This document shows, in pieces, positions 52,101 through 62,816 of a stretch of DNA of 64,000 bases. Positions within the stretch are counted from its first letter, which is position 1; every line of letters begins with the position of its first letter. The position numbers and the translations under genes were made by a program. The notes beneath the pieces were generated by a model. That model ran no database searches. It saw only the letters and a list, made by a program, of their open reading frames with translations, and had not been told where the DNA came from. Origin of the DNA: a virus; the IMG/VR virus record IMGVR_UViG_3300050821_002231, positions 38,897-102,896 of that record; one strand, given 5' to 3'.

Positions 52101-52746
52101 CCCGACTCCTGGTAACACGTTAATCATAATGGTGCAGGCGCAGGCGGAACAAAATGCTCCAGCGACTCACGTGTACCCGACGAATGGGGTTACCGCGTTT
52201 CAAGACGGTTACGGCAATTCATTCCAAAACATTTCACAGGCTACCGAAAACTATACGTACATTGCGCCTGCTCCGGATCTATCTTATGGCCAGTTCTATT
52301 CAGTGGCTTGGTGGGAGGAAAATTGCAGTAATTCAAAGGTAATCAATTTTAACGTAACTGGTTTGCAGGCCACGATAGGAATCAATGACACTACGGTATG
52401 CGTAACCATTTATGAAATTACACCTGCGTGCATTGTTGATGTGGGAGGAGTCACGCAATCCACCATAGCCACATCGAGCGTAACTCCGTTCAATGGAGCT
52501 TCAATCCCCGCTACCGGAACGCAGGATTTCTACGTGACCGGTATGTGTATCTGGCCGACCACTGCGAGTGTGGGTGGAGCGTGGAACTCATCCCTCTTGA
52601 CTAATAATGTGACTGCATCCGCTGGCACGATAGGGGCAACCTACGTTATATCTTCGGGAACGCAGCAGGCTACCTTTACTCCAGCCAGTTTCCCGAATCA
52701 ATCCCTTGCTGTGACATCTGGAGTGTGTTTCAAGATCGCGCCATAG
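49129..52746 (+). CDS. Tail tip/host-specificity protein
   Basis: GLQVNNSAYGQAFPLLYG, DCNPADV, LYFKFLAFN. Confidence 0.8.
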   Translation: MRVLKGNLASPPPNATGLQVNNSAYGQAFPLLYGYSDIVPKLIWASNFQVHGGGSGIFASGGKGSTTYSTNADLLLPFNGIEGISDVWYNGTWFYIFSTTQVVSMPSGATAGQVVTFTLSNPAQIALVAGVYLAGIPYFESYTDYVYPDENNSFSVSGNGIIPLYNAAFPAPNNGNWSSLGIPYAEYNQPGIGPTVGTVTFPAAISGSFSIVIVYYFNVNVSGYALPLPSAQLTFESELGNGASGQPIVYPEFAGVYGENINLGGSPMLPQWRLHGKGLFGLGFPVTQGTGVPGATAQTVQQMPAAGDCNPADVMFDLISSGNAVTWFGTNACWNHGCGFSGVIYDSGGGIDNQFQYSRYGSLAIDEAGPIAFLRLRNYCLAYSILISAELRDQSSCAQILKDLAEIANCAPCYNGASLDFVPYCEISNFGNGANYIPYTATGPFFALISAHFLTTKKDKQGNSNPKPPVVLQAGLPQDNYNSLQINFKDRTGTSNNNSLIITDSGDLTRQGPLPTKSLSWPWVQTPSIAANAAWAVMRRNAVIGRDGKYIFSLPAYWSPILTLMDFITLDEPSLDPLLPIPVRITKISENEKDFTLEIEAEKYVYGGSLPTAPASGIGSVGTGGGGGGGGGQDNPGSVNPPIFIETTPEMVPLQEIWICVSGGKPIVNGIESATKVSGGANYAAASVSVAGTGTGCTMIAVISGGSISNLVVTNPGQNYTGTPTITITDPTGLGSGASFTAVIQASIPVSYGGCLVYMSTDGGTTYDAVEDIYRSSPIITGSQTMGVTYNADYPLHVDPDSTDTLHVDLTESQQPLSAFTTGQQNAFLSLCYLNGGGTVENPCNTALLTIPYELVAYGGATLAATNKYTLAPPIRRGCYVTPVADHPIGTPFSFMNDGKVFKMALSPSLVGVTLYFKFLAFNTSNTLTQTLAQATAYAFTPTGTVGWPICTVGGGSPTISLVNSGQFLFYPSYHNAGGPTQAETLTLGWTPTPGNTLIIMVQAQAEQNAPATHVYPTNGVTAFQDGYGNSFQNISQATENYTYIAPAPDLSYGQFYSVAWWEENCSNSKVINFNVTGLQATIGINDTTVCVTIYEITPACIVDVGGVTQSTIATSSVTPFNGASIPATGTQDFYVTGMCIWPTTASVGGAWNSSLLTNNVTASAGTIGATYVISSGTQQATFTPASFPNQSLAVTSGVCFKIAP

Positions 52747-54927
52747 TCAAATGAGGAGATCGTGTGACATTTGTGTCGCACTGGACAACGACTCCGCTCC
52801 CAAGGAGTGCCAGTACTGCCGCATCTGCGGGCAGTGGATGTGCACAGATTGTCGCAAGAGCCTTGTTAGGCGAACGCAAGCCGCGATAAAGGCATGTGCT
52901 CAGAAAGTTCTAGGCAACGGCAGCACTTAGCAGATAAAATCCATGTGATGTAGGACTACCAAGGTTCCCCATCGACGCAAGGCACGGACCAGCAGGGCGC
53001 TAGTAGAGCAAGATACTTTTTAAGGGCGCAACTATTGCGATGAATGGGAGGGAGGACGTGAATGGAACTCTTGCTCTGCTCGTGGATTCCGGGAACTCTC
53101 AATGGCTCTATCCTGCAATCGCTTCTGTGGTTATTGGTGTTCTGTTTCTTGCTGTTAAGCGGGACTTACGCAGCAAGGACGAACTCCGCCGGAAAGAGGA
53201 TGAACAGGAAGAGGCAGGAAAGAAGGCTCTTCAGGCAGCAGTTGACAGCCTCAATGCAGGGCTCGATAAAGAAACCTTTGAACGACAGAATGCCATTAGC
53301 GAAGAGTCTTCAGCCCGAAGAGATCAATTCGCCAATCTTGGTAGGGACGTTGGCGAGATTCGCGAAGAGATGTGCCACGATTACGGGGAACGTGGCAAAG
53401 CGCGTCCGACGTTCGGTCGGCAACAGTCAGGGCACGACTAGCGGGGTGTGGGCGCCGGTGTGGTTTGTATTCGTCATCATCGGAGGAATCGCAGTCTACT
53501 TTGTCATCTATCCCCCGGATACGGTGCGTCCCGCCGACTTCTTATGTCCCGATAATTGCACGGCAATTCAGAAAGTCGAAGGCGTGCAGGGTATCGAGGG
53601 GATCAATCTAAAGACTGGAAGAGTTAACGAATTCAGATGGTGCCGGCCTTTAGTTGATCCAAACTATCCTAAGTTGTTTCCTGGTTATGTCATCGAACTG
53701 CACACGGTACGGCGCGGTTTATGCGACGATATAACTCCGCCGACCTATTACTTTCACATCGTCCGCGGAAAGGAATTAGTTAAGCGCGAATATCAATTGG
53801 TTGCGGCCGTTGCTCACCTCGACCTCTTCCATGTTGATCCAGATGTTAATCCGGGCGATAAGCCCGCGCTGTCCAACCGCTGTCGCGACACGGATGACGA
53901 CACCAATGTAATCTGTGACGGACAGCCATTTGTACCGACACAGGAGGAATCCAATTCCGAACCCACCGGATGGCACGTTCTCAGCGCCAGTAGTAGCTAC
54001 TAAGGGAATGACCCCTCAGCAATGGCAAGCTAAATTAAATGCTGCGATAGCCACGGGCTACCCAGCCTTTAGCGCCACGACTCCCTCGCCAGATATACCG
54101 GGCGAGACGTGGACCTGTGTCTACTTGAAAACCAGCAAGGACTAGCATTTTCACGGCAAGGCACGTCCCATTTCTCACTGAGGTCCAGCCTTGCCTGAAG
54201 GTTCTGCAAAGTCGGTCACGCTCACTACTGCGGACTTAGAGCGTTTACGCAGTGTGCCCGTAATTGATCCCACCGCAAACGTCCTTGGACTCGTGGCCGC
54301 AGAAGGAAGGCGGCAGGATGACCTTCGGGCAGCGGAAGCAGTCAGACAGGACGATCTAAGGAGAACGCAACGTGAAAGCGACCAAGAAATACGGCGCGTC
54401 AGAGCAGAATACGAGCACGCTTTAACGGGTGCGGAATCGAGAAGGATTGACGCCCTAGCAATTGCGGAATCGCGGCGCCTAGATGCCGTACTCGCGGAGC
54501 AAAAAGCAAATGTTGCGCTTGCCAATTCGCGGGCTGAACTTACGGCCACGAATCTTGCGGAGCGCGTTGATAGTTCGGCAAAGGCTCTGGCGCAAGCCGC
54601 GCAAGCTATTACGGATGCACTCTCGAAGCGAGTAACTGAACTCGAAACTAACCGCTGGTCCTCTGGTGGCGAAAAATCCCAAAGACTGGAAGGTCGCCAG
54701 TTCAATCAATGGCTCATTGGTATCATTGCGCTGTTGATCGGAGTCGTGCTCGCCCATTTCTGGAAGTAGTGATGCGACGACATGACCGAGCGGGAGAAAC
54801 TTGAGGCCACGATTGAACGGCTTGAGGAATTGTTGGAGTTCAACCCGACAGGCTTGCCGGCCGTGGCGATAGCGACAGAGATTCTACGATTAGAACGGCG
54901 GCTTGAAGAGTTGGAGAAAGAGGGCAA

Positions 54928-55368
54928 ATGAAATACGACGGCGACGATCTTCACGCAATGGCGCTTTGTATTTGGCGAGAAAGCCGCGGTGAAGGGAACC
55001 CTGGTATGCAGGCGGTCGCCAGCGTCATCGTGAACCGTGCGAGTGCTTGGTACGAGATGAGCAGCACTGATCCGATTCATGCAACGATCTTTCAAAAGAA
55101 TCAGTTCACCTCTATGAGCGTGCCGTCAGACCCAGAGTTCAGATTGCAGCCAGAGTTAGACGATCCGCAGTATGCCTTCGCAGTGTCGATCTGCGAAGCC
55201 ACTATTAATGGCAGGAATTCAGACCCGACCAAGGGAGCCCTATATTATGCGAACCTCGCGGAGGCCACGTCTGGATGGTTTAGCCGCGTAATCAGCGGTT
55301 CAGATGGCAAGGGAACTCCAGAGCATCCGCTGTGCGCCGTGATTGGAAGACAGAGTTTCTACCGCTGA
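54928..55368 (+). CDS. SleB/Hydrolase_2-family endolysin
   Basis: IWRESRGE...MQAVASVIVNR, QFTS, DPTKGALYY, IGRQSFY. Confidence 0.88.
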   Translation: MKYDGDDLHAMALCIWRESRGEGNPGMQAVASVIVNRASAWYEMSSTDPIHATIFQKNQFTSMSVPSDPEFRLQPELDDPQYAFAVSICEATINGRNSDPTKGALYYANLAEATSGWFSRVISGSDGKGTPEHPLCAVIGRQSFYR

Positions 55369-55378
55369 AGGGAGAGCG

Positions 55379-55846
55379 ATGCAATACGAAAGCTGGATGC
55401 CGTATGCGGGTATCGCAGTGGTTGTGTTCGGCATGTTTTGGATTTTCGCACTGAAGTTGCTGACAAGCAAAACGATCAATCTCCCCACGGTCCAGGATAT
55501 TCAAGAGCTCGCTACAGTTTTTAGTACCAAGGGCGGCTTTATTCTGGCACTGCTCGTCATGTGGTTCGTGACTCTATTCGGTACGGTTTCGTTTGGCATC
55601 TGGGTGATTGTGAAGGGCGTTGATCCGCAGCACGCGGTTGTAGTGACAATCCTTGGAATGCTGGTCAGTCAAGCATTTGGCAACGTGAACGGTTCACTCT
55701 TTACTTCATTCAAGGGCGATGACCCGAAAGCGCCTCCCGGCGTCACTTCTGAAACGAGCAGAACAGTAGTACAAACCACCGAAGTGCAACCGACCATTCT
55801 GACCAAGCCTTTAGTGGATGCCGTCTCGCCACCTGAGCACATTTGA
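55379..55846 (+). CDS. Putative holin/membrane protein
   Basis: About three TM helices, directly after the endolysin. Confidence 0.5.
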   Translation: MQYESWMPYAGIAVVVFGMFWIFALKLLTSKTINLPTVQDIQELATVFSTKGGFILALLVMWFVTLFGTVSFGIWVIVKGVDPQHAVVVTILGMLVSQAFGNVNGSLFTSFKGDDPKAPPGVTSETSRTVVQTTEVQPTILTKPLVDAVSPPEHI

Positions 55847-56136
55847 GCATCTAACAGCGGCTCGAAGATGAAAGAATCTGACAGGAGGAAAACCCTATGT
55901 TTGTCTATCTGCCTCTGTTGATCTGTCTGGTCGGCTTGTTGATGTGGCTGTTCGTGGATGCTGCCAAGTATCCGAAGGCTCTTGAGATCGGCAAGGTCAT
56001 GTTCTGGGTTGGACTGCTTACCTTTCTGCTGACTTGGCACGGCGGGAAGCCGTTCGGTCTGGCTGGTATGTTCTTCGCTCCGCGCCTGCTCTGAAGTTCC
56101 TCGCTGCCCACTCGCCCGATTCTGCCCTTCCCTCAA

Positions 56137-56170
56137 CGGCTCAGCCCTAACCGGGCTGGGCCGCTTTTCT
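56137..56170 (+). terminator. Rho-independent terminator after the lysis genes
   Basis: cggctcagccc-taacc-gggctgggccg followed by cttttct. Confidence 0.7.
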
Positions 56171-56654
56171 CGTTGCGCCAATACTCACCTTCGCGTATCT
56201 TTTCGGCATGGGATTCGGAACGAAACAGGTTGCAGGTAAGTTCGAGGTCATCGACTTCGAAGATGACTGCATCACGCTGCGGCATCTTGAAAGCCAAGCA
56301 GAATACACAATCGCCATTGCCGAAGGAGCAACTGACAAGTTCCTAGAAGTGATGCCTCTGGGCACGTTCTTTCTCGGTGCGCTGGAGATCGAAGACTACC
56401 ATGTCTGTTAACCCCGCCATTCTCCAGCGCATTATGCTCCCTAGCGGACACTTCATTGTGACGGACTTCAAGCGCGGCATCGCATTGCTGTGCGATCCTG
56501 AAGATGGGCGCTGTCAGTGCTGCGGGAAGATAAAGAACCACTGGAATCTCACATTCAGTTTTCAGGTAGCGGGGACGGATGGGATGATGAGGCCGGGGAT
56601 GCGGATACAGAACGGAATGAACTGAAAGTCTCCACCCGGTGGAGAGATTCGCGC

Positions 56655-56684
56655 TTGACACGATTCACTAGCACACGCTACAGT
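56655..56684 (+). promoter_or_regulatory. Sigma70 promoter with partial operator
   Basis: TTGACA (56655), TACAGT (56679); GATTCACTAG at 56662-56671. Confidence 0.65.
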
Positions 56685-56787
56685 CAGATTCGGGAACCTA
56701 TGGCTTCGATTTCACCATCTCGCGCACGAGCACTTGAGGGAAGGCAGGCGCGGGAATAACTGAGTTGGCAAATCGCGTTGAGACTCG

Positions 56788-56832
56788 AAGCCTTCCCGGC
56801 ACCTTTGCAAACGGGAAGGCTTTTGAGTTTTT
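56788..56832 (+). terminator. Terminator closing a short transcript
   Basis: aagccttcccg...cgggaaggctt followed by ttgagttttt. Confidence 0.65.
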
Positions 56833-58656
56833 CGGCAAGGAAAGGAGGTAGTCATGCCTGTACTTGAAATGCTGGAAGAAGTTGAAGGCGTTGCGGACAT
56901 CGGCTACTGCGTAGCGTCGGAAGAAGGGGATCACGAACGCTTGGTGCGGGATGCGCGGGCGGATCGTGTGCGGCTAGGGTTTGATATTGCTTCGTCTTCG
57001 GTGTTTTGCGGCCGGTGCCGGATGGTGATTCCGCTGGAGTGTCGGGTCGGGTAATTATGACCATGCATCGTTCCAGAGCGCCGGACGATCTCTACGAGCA
57101 GTATGGACTAAAGCGACGGAAATCAATCCCGGTCAGGGTGCCTACGAAGCGAAGCATGGACTTGATCCTTTTCCGGAAGGACCAGTGAATGAATGCAACC
57201 AAAAGGCAGTAACTTTATGGACAACGAAAAACTCATCGCACTTTGGGGAAGCGCCAAGAGCCAGTTGCTATGCGGCAAACTGATTCGCACTTGGGATTGC
57301 AGTCTGAGACCATGCCTCTGTACTGCCGATCACGAAGGCGGATGCAATCCGTTTTCTCCGACACCGAATCTGAGCGTTCGCAGGAAATCAGAAAAGGTGT
57401 GCGTTTAGGCGGGAATGTCGATGAATCCTGTTCTTGCCTGTGCCCATAAGCGGCAGTTCTCCAGTCAATCAGAATGCGATAAGTCAATTCGCGCAAACGC
57501 GAACTCTACACCCGGCTTGTGCAGCTACAAATGGAGCGTTTGCGGGCTGTGGCATAAGACGAGCAGAAGACGAAACGGAAAGAAAGTCCGGCGCTAGCAA
57601 ATGATTGAGATTCACTTCAAATTTTTCAGGTCTCGCGGTGAAGCCCAAGAATACACGCGACGGTGGCGCAGGGCGCACAAAGGCAACCTTCCTAAACCGT
57701 TGCGAGGCCATCACGGTATCACTTTCGGCACCAGCGATTGGTTCAAGGAATGTGGCAGCAAAATCGGACATCGCAGCCTTCATTCTGCGATCCAGCAAAT
57801 CACAGAACTGAAACTAAAGCCAGCCATTCACAATACGGGTGGAGCATGGCTTACGGTGTATCTTTGTCGATGGTGCGAATGGTTTCATGTTGGGCACTCA
57901 ACCGAAAAGTGGGAACATGAACGAAGCACGGTCTATTCCGAGAAAGGAATGGATCATAAAGTATTTGCGCCAGACCTGTTTCTTCCCTGAGTGACCGCAT
58001 CGATTTTATCTATGCAATTCTCCTCGAATTGCAGTATGCTTAATCCCGTCTGGATTCCAGCATCGCGGAGAACAATCATCATGGAGCCAAAGAAAGCAGT
58101 TGCCGCCCCACTTCCTGTCAAGTTCAATGTTTCAACGCACATCATCGGCCACGGCGAGAAAGCAAAATTCATTTTCCATCCCGTAGGTGCGGACGGCGTT
58201 GGCATAGCGTTGCCGATAGGTACAGACCCGGTCGCGTTCGAAGCCAGCGAACCAGAAGCCTTGCACTTGCAAACGGACACGACCGACATCACCGGCCTGA
58301 CGGTAATCGGCAAGCCAATGGTTCCAGGCGTTGAATTGGACGGGTTGACGGTGCATGGGCAAACGTTGCTTCCCGGCGCAGATGCTCCCATCGAAGGCAC
58401 ATCAGATCCAATCAACCTCGTATTCGGACCTATCGGAGCCCACGGCCACAAGCTGGAATTGCCAGAGACGGCAGAGCAGAAGGCCGCGAAGGACAAAGCG
58501 AAGAGTGCGGCCAAAGAGCGGTCTGAGAAAGCGCGTGCAGCGCGGAAGAAAGCTTCTGCGACTCCAGCGCCGTCGCCAGTCACGTCGGGCAAAGCTGTGG
58601 CACGGCTTCACGATCTAGAGTAAATGACAAAACATTCCACCGGGTGGAGGGATTGA

Positions 58657-60036
58657 GTGGGCGGTCTCCAGTGGACAACTCTTGCCGCACTAACGGCGCA
58701 CAACACGTCGGCAAATCCTGCCTACAACAAAGCGAACTTTCCCGCAAACTTCACCGGCGAGTCAATGCTTAGCCAGTCAGGAACGATGGAGGCCGTTGAC
58801 TCCACAAAGTCAGATGACAGTTTCAACCCTGTCACTCCCTGCCACGTTTCCAAGCTCAGCGTGCATACTCTTTTCCCGAACTACAAAGGGAAGATCATCA
58901 GCCTTTGCGTACCGTACAACTACGGCGGGAATCATATAAATGTCGGGATTAACAATCTCACCGAGGCCCAGGCCGAAGCCGCGATGCTGAATGAGCAAAT
59001 GATCGGCGCAGACGGAATCACGATCGATTGGTACGGGCCGAACCGGGCAGAGGACACAATTAGTCTTTTGTGGAAAGCGCAGATTGAGGCAATGCAGAAC
59101 TTCACATTCGCGCTGATGATTGACACGAGTGGGGGATCGTACTCGACAACCGCGGAACTAATTGCCTATCTGGCCTATGCAAAGGCGACCTACTTCAGTT
59201 CGAAAGCGTACCGCACATACAACGGTTTGCCAATTCTTTATCTGTGGGGCAGTCCGGTGCCGGGAGTCAACTATCCGCAAGCACTTGCGACGGTAGGCCC
59301 GATGTATGTTATCGGGCAAGGTCCAAGCGCACTTGCATGGGTATATTGCAATGCGGGGTTCGATTGGGTGCAGCCGTATCTCAACGGTGTAGTCGCGGCC
59401 GACCCTTATAATCTCGAAGCGAAGCAGTCCTTCATCAATAACTACAAGGGCGCCGCGAAGGGTTGCGTGCTGGCGCTGTCATCGCGATTCAATGGAACGC
59501 TGACCAAGACGAAGGCATGGTCGGAAGGGAAAATGCTTCCAGGCAATTACGGCGGATGCTGGCTCAGTCAGGCTGCGCTCATCAACGCAAACCTGCTGCC
59601 GAACTTGGTTGAGATCATGCTGGCAACGGGCTGCGCGGGCGATTGGGAAGAAGGGACACAACTGGCCGGCGGAATTGACAACGGAATTACGGTCAATGCT
59701 TCGCTCAATGGTTCGATGCTGAGTTGGACGGTCTCAGGCGGTCTGGGTAACGAGTCCACAATCAGTAAGTATATGATTTTGGCGCAAATGGTTGGAGAAG
59801 TTCCGAACGACACAGCAATTATCGCAACGCAAACTCTCGGCTGGCCAAAATCTTTGGACCTGAGCACAGTGAGCGGATTGCCTCCAGGAAATTATCAGCT
59901 CTATGTGTACGCGGTCGGAATGCCTTGTGTGAGAAACCAAATTAGCGCACCGATACCCTACACGGTTGCATCGCAGAGCATGACCGGGACTTTTACAGGA
60001 ACGTTTGTTGGGACTTTCACGCCAAGCGGAAGCTAG
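58657..60036 (+). CDS. GH99/GH71-like glycoside hydrolase
   Basis: GADGITIDWYG and DWEEGT motifs. Confidence 0.65.
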   Translation: MGGLQWTTLAALTAHNTSANPAYNKANFPANFTGESMLSQSGTMEAVDSTKSDDSFNPVTPCHVSKLSVHTLFPNYKGKIISLCVPYNYGGNHINVGINNLTEAQAEAAMLNEQMIGADGITIDWYGPNRAEDTISLLWKAQIEAMQNFTFALMIDTSGGSYSTTAELIAYLAYAKATYFSSKAYRTYNGLPILYLWGSPVPGVNYPQALATVGPMYVIGQGPSALAWVYCNAGFDWVQPYLNGVVAADPYNLEAKQSFINNYKGAAKGCVLALSSRFNGTLTKTKAWSEGKMLPGNYGGCWLSQAALINANLLPNLVEIMLATGCAGDWEEGTQLAGGIDNGITVNASLNGSMLSWTVSGGLGNESTISKYMILAQMVGEVPNDTAIIATQTLGWPKSLDLSTVSGLPPGNYQLYVYAVGMPCVRNQISAPIPYTVASQSMTGTFTGTFVGTFTPSGS

Positions 60037-60423
60037 ACGATGAGTCGCGAACTTATTATGTTTCTTCTCAATACGCTTGTACTGGTTCTCATCTCAGCAT
60101 CCTTCGTCATTGGGATATATCGACCGAATCCCTATCGGATAGGTCGCTGGCTCCTACGGGCCAACATGGCCATGTGGGTTGTCATCTGGATTATCGGTCT
60201 GACAAAACTGCTGCACCGATGAACCGTTACTAAAGTCCACTCTCCTCTCGTACTCTTTCCCCTCGCACTTAAGCGCGCCATACTTGCGTCATGGAGGAAT
60301 CAATGGAAAACCGATGGTTGGAAGAGGGGCTTGCGGCTGAGATTGCAAGACTCTGGCAGATGGTGGATGGGTCGGCGAATTCACCTGCTATCGACAATCG
60401 CTGCGATGATATAATTCGCACGC

Positions 60424-60777
60424 ATGACTCCCGCCGAGATCGTCAAAACTTTACAACGCTACCGCTTTAGTTGCGCAACGGAAGATGAGTTGCAACGCGG
60501 CATCGCGAAAGTTCTCGGTGACGATTCGTGGCAGCGAGAAGTCAGTTTGACGCCGATGGATCGACCTGATTTCTTCTCGGAACCGGATGGCATTGTTATC
60601 GAAGTCAAGATTAAAGGCTCGGTCGGTAACGCCCTTCGCCAACTCGAACGTTATGCAAAACACCCCGCAGTTAAAGGAATCGTATTTGTCACAACCCGCT
60701 CTGTGCAGGCACTACAGATGCCCGGCACTCTTCAAGGAAAGCCTCTCGCAGTCTGTTACCTCAAATCATTATGCTGA
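60424..60777 (+). CDS. PD-(D/E)xK nuclease
   Basis: RPDF...IVIEVK...QLERY. Confidence 0.7.
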   Translation: MTPAEIVKTLQRYRFSCATEDELQRGIAKVLGDDSWQREVSLTPMDRPDFFSEPDGIVIEVKIKGSVGNALRQLERYAKHPAVKGIVFVTTRSVQALQMPGTLQGKPLAVCYLKSLC

Positions 60778-62456
60778 AAGCGAAAGTGCAAGACCCGCAC
60801 GGTGTCGTGTCGTTCTGGGACGATGGCAACTGCTGGCTGATTAAAACCAAGCCGCACATCGCGCTCCGCATGAAGCGCATCTTCCCGAAGATCAATCCAG
60901 GCGAACAGGGAATCTTGCGCCTCTCGGATACGCCAGAGAACTGCCGCGACCTCGAATGGTTTCTCGAACGGTACCCGCATGATTGCCCCTACGTTCACAT
61001 GCTGCGGAGCCGTGCGAAGATGCACCGCGAGGCTGAGGCGGTCATCGCGAGCTTGATGAAAGCCACGCCAACGAATGGGCGTGTGAAAGAGTTCAAGATG
61101 GCGAAGCCTCCGCGCGATTATCAAGTACAACTTGCGGACTTGCTAAAAGCTTCGGGCGGATTGCTGTGCGCGGACGATGTCGGCCTCGGAAAGTCGGTAA
61201 GTGCTATCACCGCATTCGTTGATCCGACGCTACAACCGGCGCTTGTGGTTTGCCTCGCACATCTCCCGCTCCAATGGCGTAACTTTATCCGCGAGTTTGC
61301 GCCACACTTGCGCGTCCACATTCTCAGCAAGGGAACCCCGTATAACTTCAAAGACAAGTGGGGCGACCTCCCAGACGTGATTATCAGCAGTTATGGAAAG
61401 ATGCGAGATTGGGCCGAAACGCTATCGGCCATCATCAAGAGTGTAGTGTGGGACGAAGCCCAAGAATTGCGGCATGAAGATACGCAACGGTATGCAGCGG
61501 CCCGTGTTATCGCCGATGCAGCCCCATACAGACTAGCTCTAACCGCGACTCCAATCTACAACTTTGGAATTGAAATGTTCAATGTAATGCGCTGCGTGAA
61601 GCCAGAGGCGCTGGGAAGCCGCGACGAGTTCGTAACCGAGTGGTGTGCGGGAGATGCGATCCGCGACCCACGTGCCTTCGGAGAATATCTTCGATCTGCC
61701 GGCCTCATGCTTCGTCGCACACGAGCCGATGTTAAGCGCGAACTGCCGCCATGCTCGTCCATCGTGCATTCGATCGAATGTGACGAGAAGGCATTAGAGG
61801 CAGGTATCTCCGGGTGTGACGAACTGGCGAACATCATTGTGAGTCGCAGTGAGTTGTACCGCGGACAGAAGATGCAGGCAGCGGCCGAGTTTGACATGCG
61901 AATGCGACAGGCTACGGGCATCGCAAAGGCTGGCTATGTTGCGGAGTTTGTGAGGATGCTAGTCGAGGGTGGACAAAAGGTCGCGCTATTCGGCTGGCAT
62001 CGTGCCGTCTATGCAATCTGGATGAAGAGATTAGAAGATCTGAATCCAGTGATGTATACCGGAAGCGAGAGTCCCACCCAAAAGAATGCCGCGAAAGAAC
62101 GATTCGTTAGTGGAGATTCAAAAGCCATCTTGATAAGTTTACGCGCTGGCGCCGGATTAGATGGATTGCAGAAGGCGTGCAGCACTGTTGTCTTTGGTGA
62201 ACTGGATTGGAGTCCGGGCGTACATTACCAGAACTCTGGACGTATAGCACGCGACGGGCAAGAGAATCCCGTGTTCTCTTACTATTTGGTCTGCGATTAC
62301 GGCTCAGACCCTATCATCTCCGACACTCTTGGAATCAAGCGGCAGCAAAGTGAAGGCATCCTAAATCCAGCGGCGGACATTATCGAAGGTCTGCAAATTG
62401 ATCCTGAGCACGTAAAAAAGCTTGCAGAGGCTTATCTACTACGAAAACGCCGTTGA
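60771..62456 (+). CDS. SNF2-family helicase
   Basis: DDVGLGKS, DEAQ, TATP, GLDGLQ, QNSGRIARDGQ. Confidence 0.92.
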   Translation: MLKAKVQDPHGVVSFWDDGNCWLIKTKPHIALRMKRIFPKINPGEQGILRLSDTPENCRDLEWFLERYPHDCPYVHMLRSRAKMHREAEAVIASLMKATPTNGRVKEFKMAKPPRDYQVQLADLLKASGGLLCADDVGLGKSVSAITAFVDPTLQPALVVCLAHLPLQWRNFIREFAPHLRVHILSKGTPYNFKDKWGDLPDVIISSYGKMRDWAETLSAIIKSVVWDEAQELRHEDTQRYAAARVIADAAPYRLALTATPIYNFGIEMFNVMRCVKPEALGSRDEFVTEWCAGDAIRDPRAFGEYLRSAGLMLRRTRADVKRELPPCSSIVHSIECDEKALEAGISGCDELANIIVSRSELYRGQKMQAAAEFDMRMRQATGIAKAGYVAEFVRMLVEGGQKVALFGWHRAVYAIWMKRLEDLNPVMYTGSESPTQKNAAKERFVSGDSKAILISLRAGAGLDGLQKACSTVVFGELDWSPGVHYQNSGRIARDGQENPVFSYYLVCDYGSDPIISDTLGIKRQQSEGILNPAADIIEGLQIDPEHVKKLAEAYLLRKRR

Positions 62457-62482
62457 CTCTTTCACTAGTATTGCTTTACGCT
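62453..62482 (+). promoter_or_regulatory. Promoter and operator of the RHH gene
   Basis: TTGACT (62453), TACGCT (62477); TTCACTAGTATT at 62461-62472. Confidence 0.7.
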
Positions 62483-62489
62483 TGAGGTC

Positions 62490-62816
62490 ATGAGTAAGTC
62501 TCGTCTACCCAACGGTCCTGGCCCACGCGCCAAGCGGACTGGCACGCCTGTTAAGAATGGCAAAGGGATACCTGTATGGTCGTATCCCAGAGAGAAAACT
62601 AGAGCCTGTTTGGTGAAAGCGTCCGAGAGGGCAGGGCAGAGCCTTGGAGCGTTCTTGATCTTGGCAGGCTTGGAAAAAATCGCACGGATGAAGATGCAGG
62701 CCGATGGAGAAACGGTGCTAGCGTTGGCCGACATGGAAACCGCAGTGCAAAAGCTGATCCCCGAAGAGGAGTATGCGGAGTTGCTGCGGAAGCGCGGAGG
62801 GAAGGGTGGAAAGTGA
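62490..62816 (+). CDS. Putative ribbon-helix-helix repressor
   Basis: PVWSYP (beta strand), REKTRACLVKASERAGQSLGAFLILAG (helix-turn-helix of RHH). Confidence 0.55.
   Translation: MSKSRLPNGPGPRAKRTGTPVKNGKGIPVWSYPREKTRACLVKASERAGQSLGAFLILAGLEKIARMKMQADGETVLALADMETAVQKLIPEEEYAELLRKRGGKGGK

Noticed and set aside
53062-53391. 5' extension of the 313-aa ORF
   Set aside because: It overlaps ORF 53040-53441; the real start is probably the GTG near 53392
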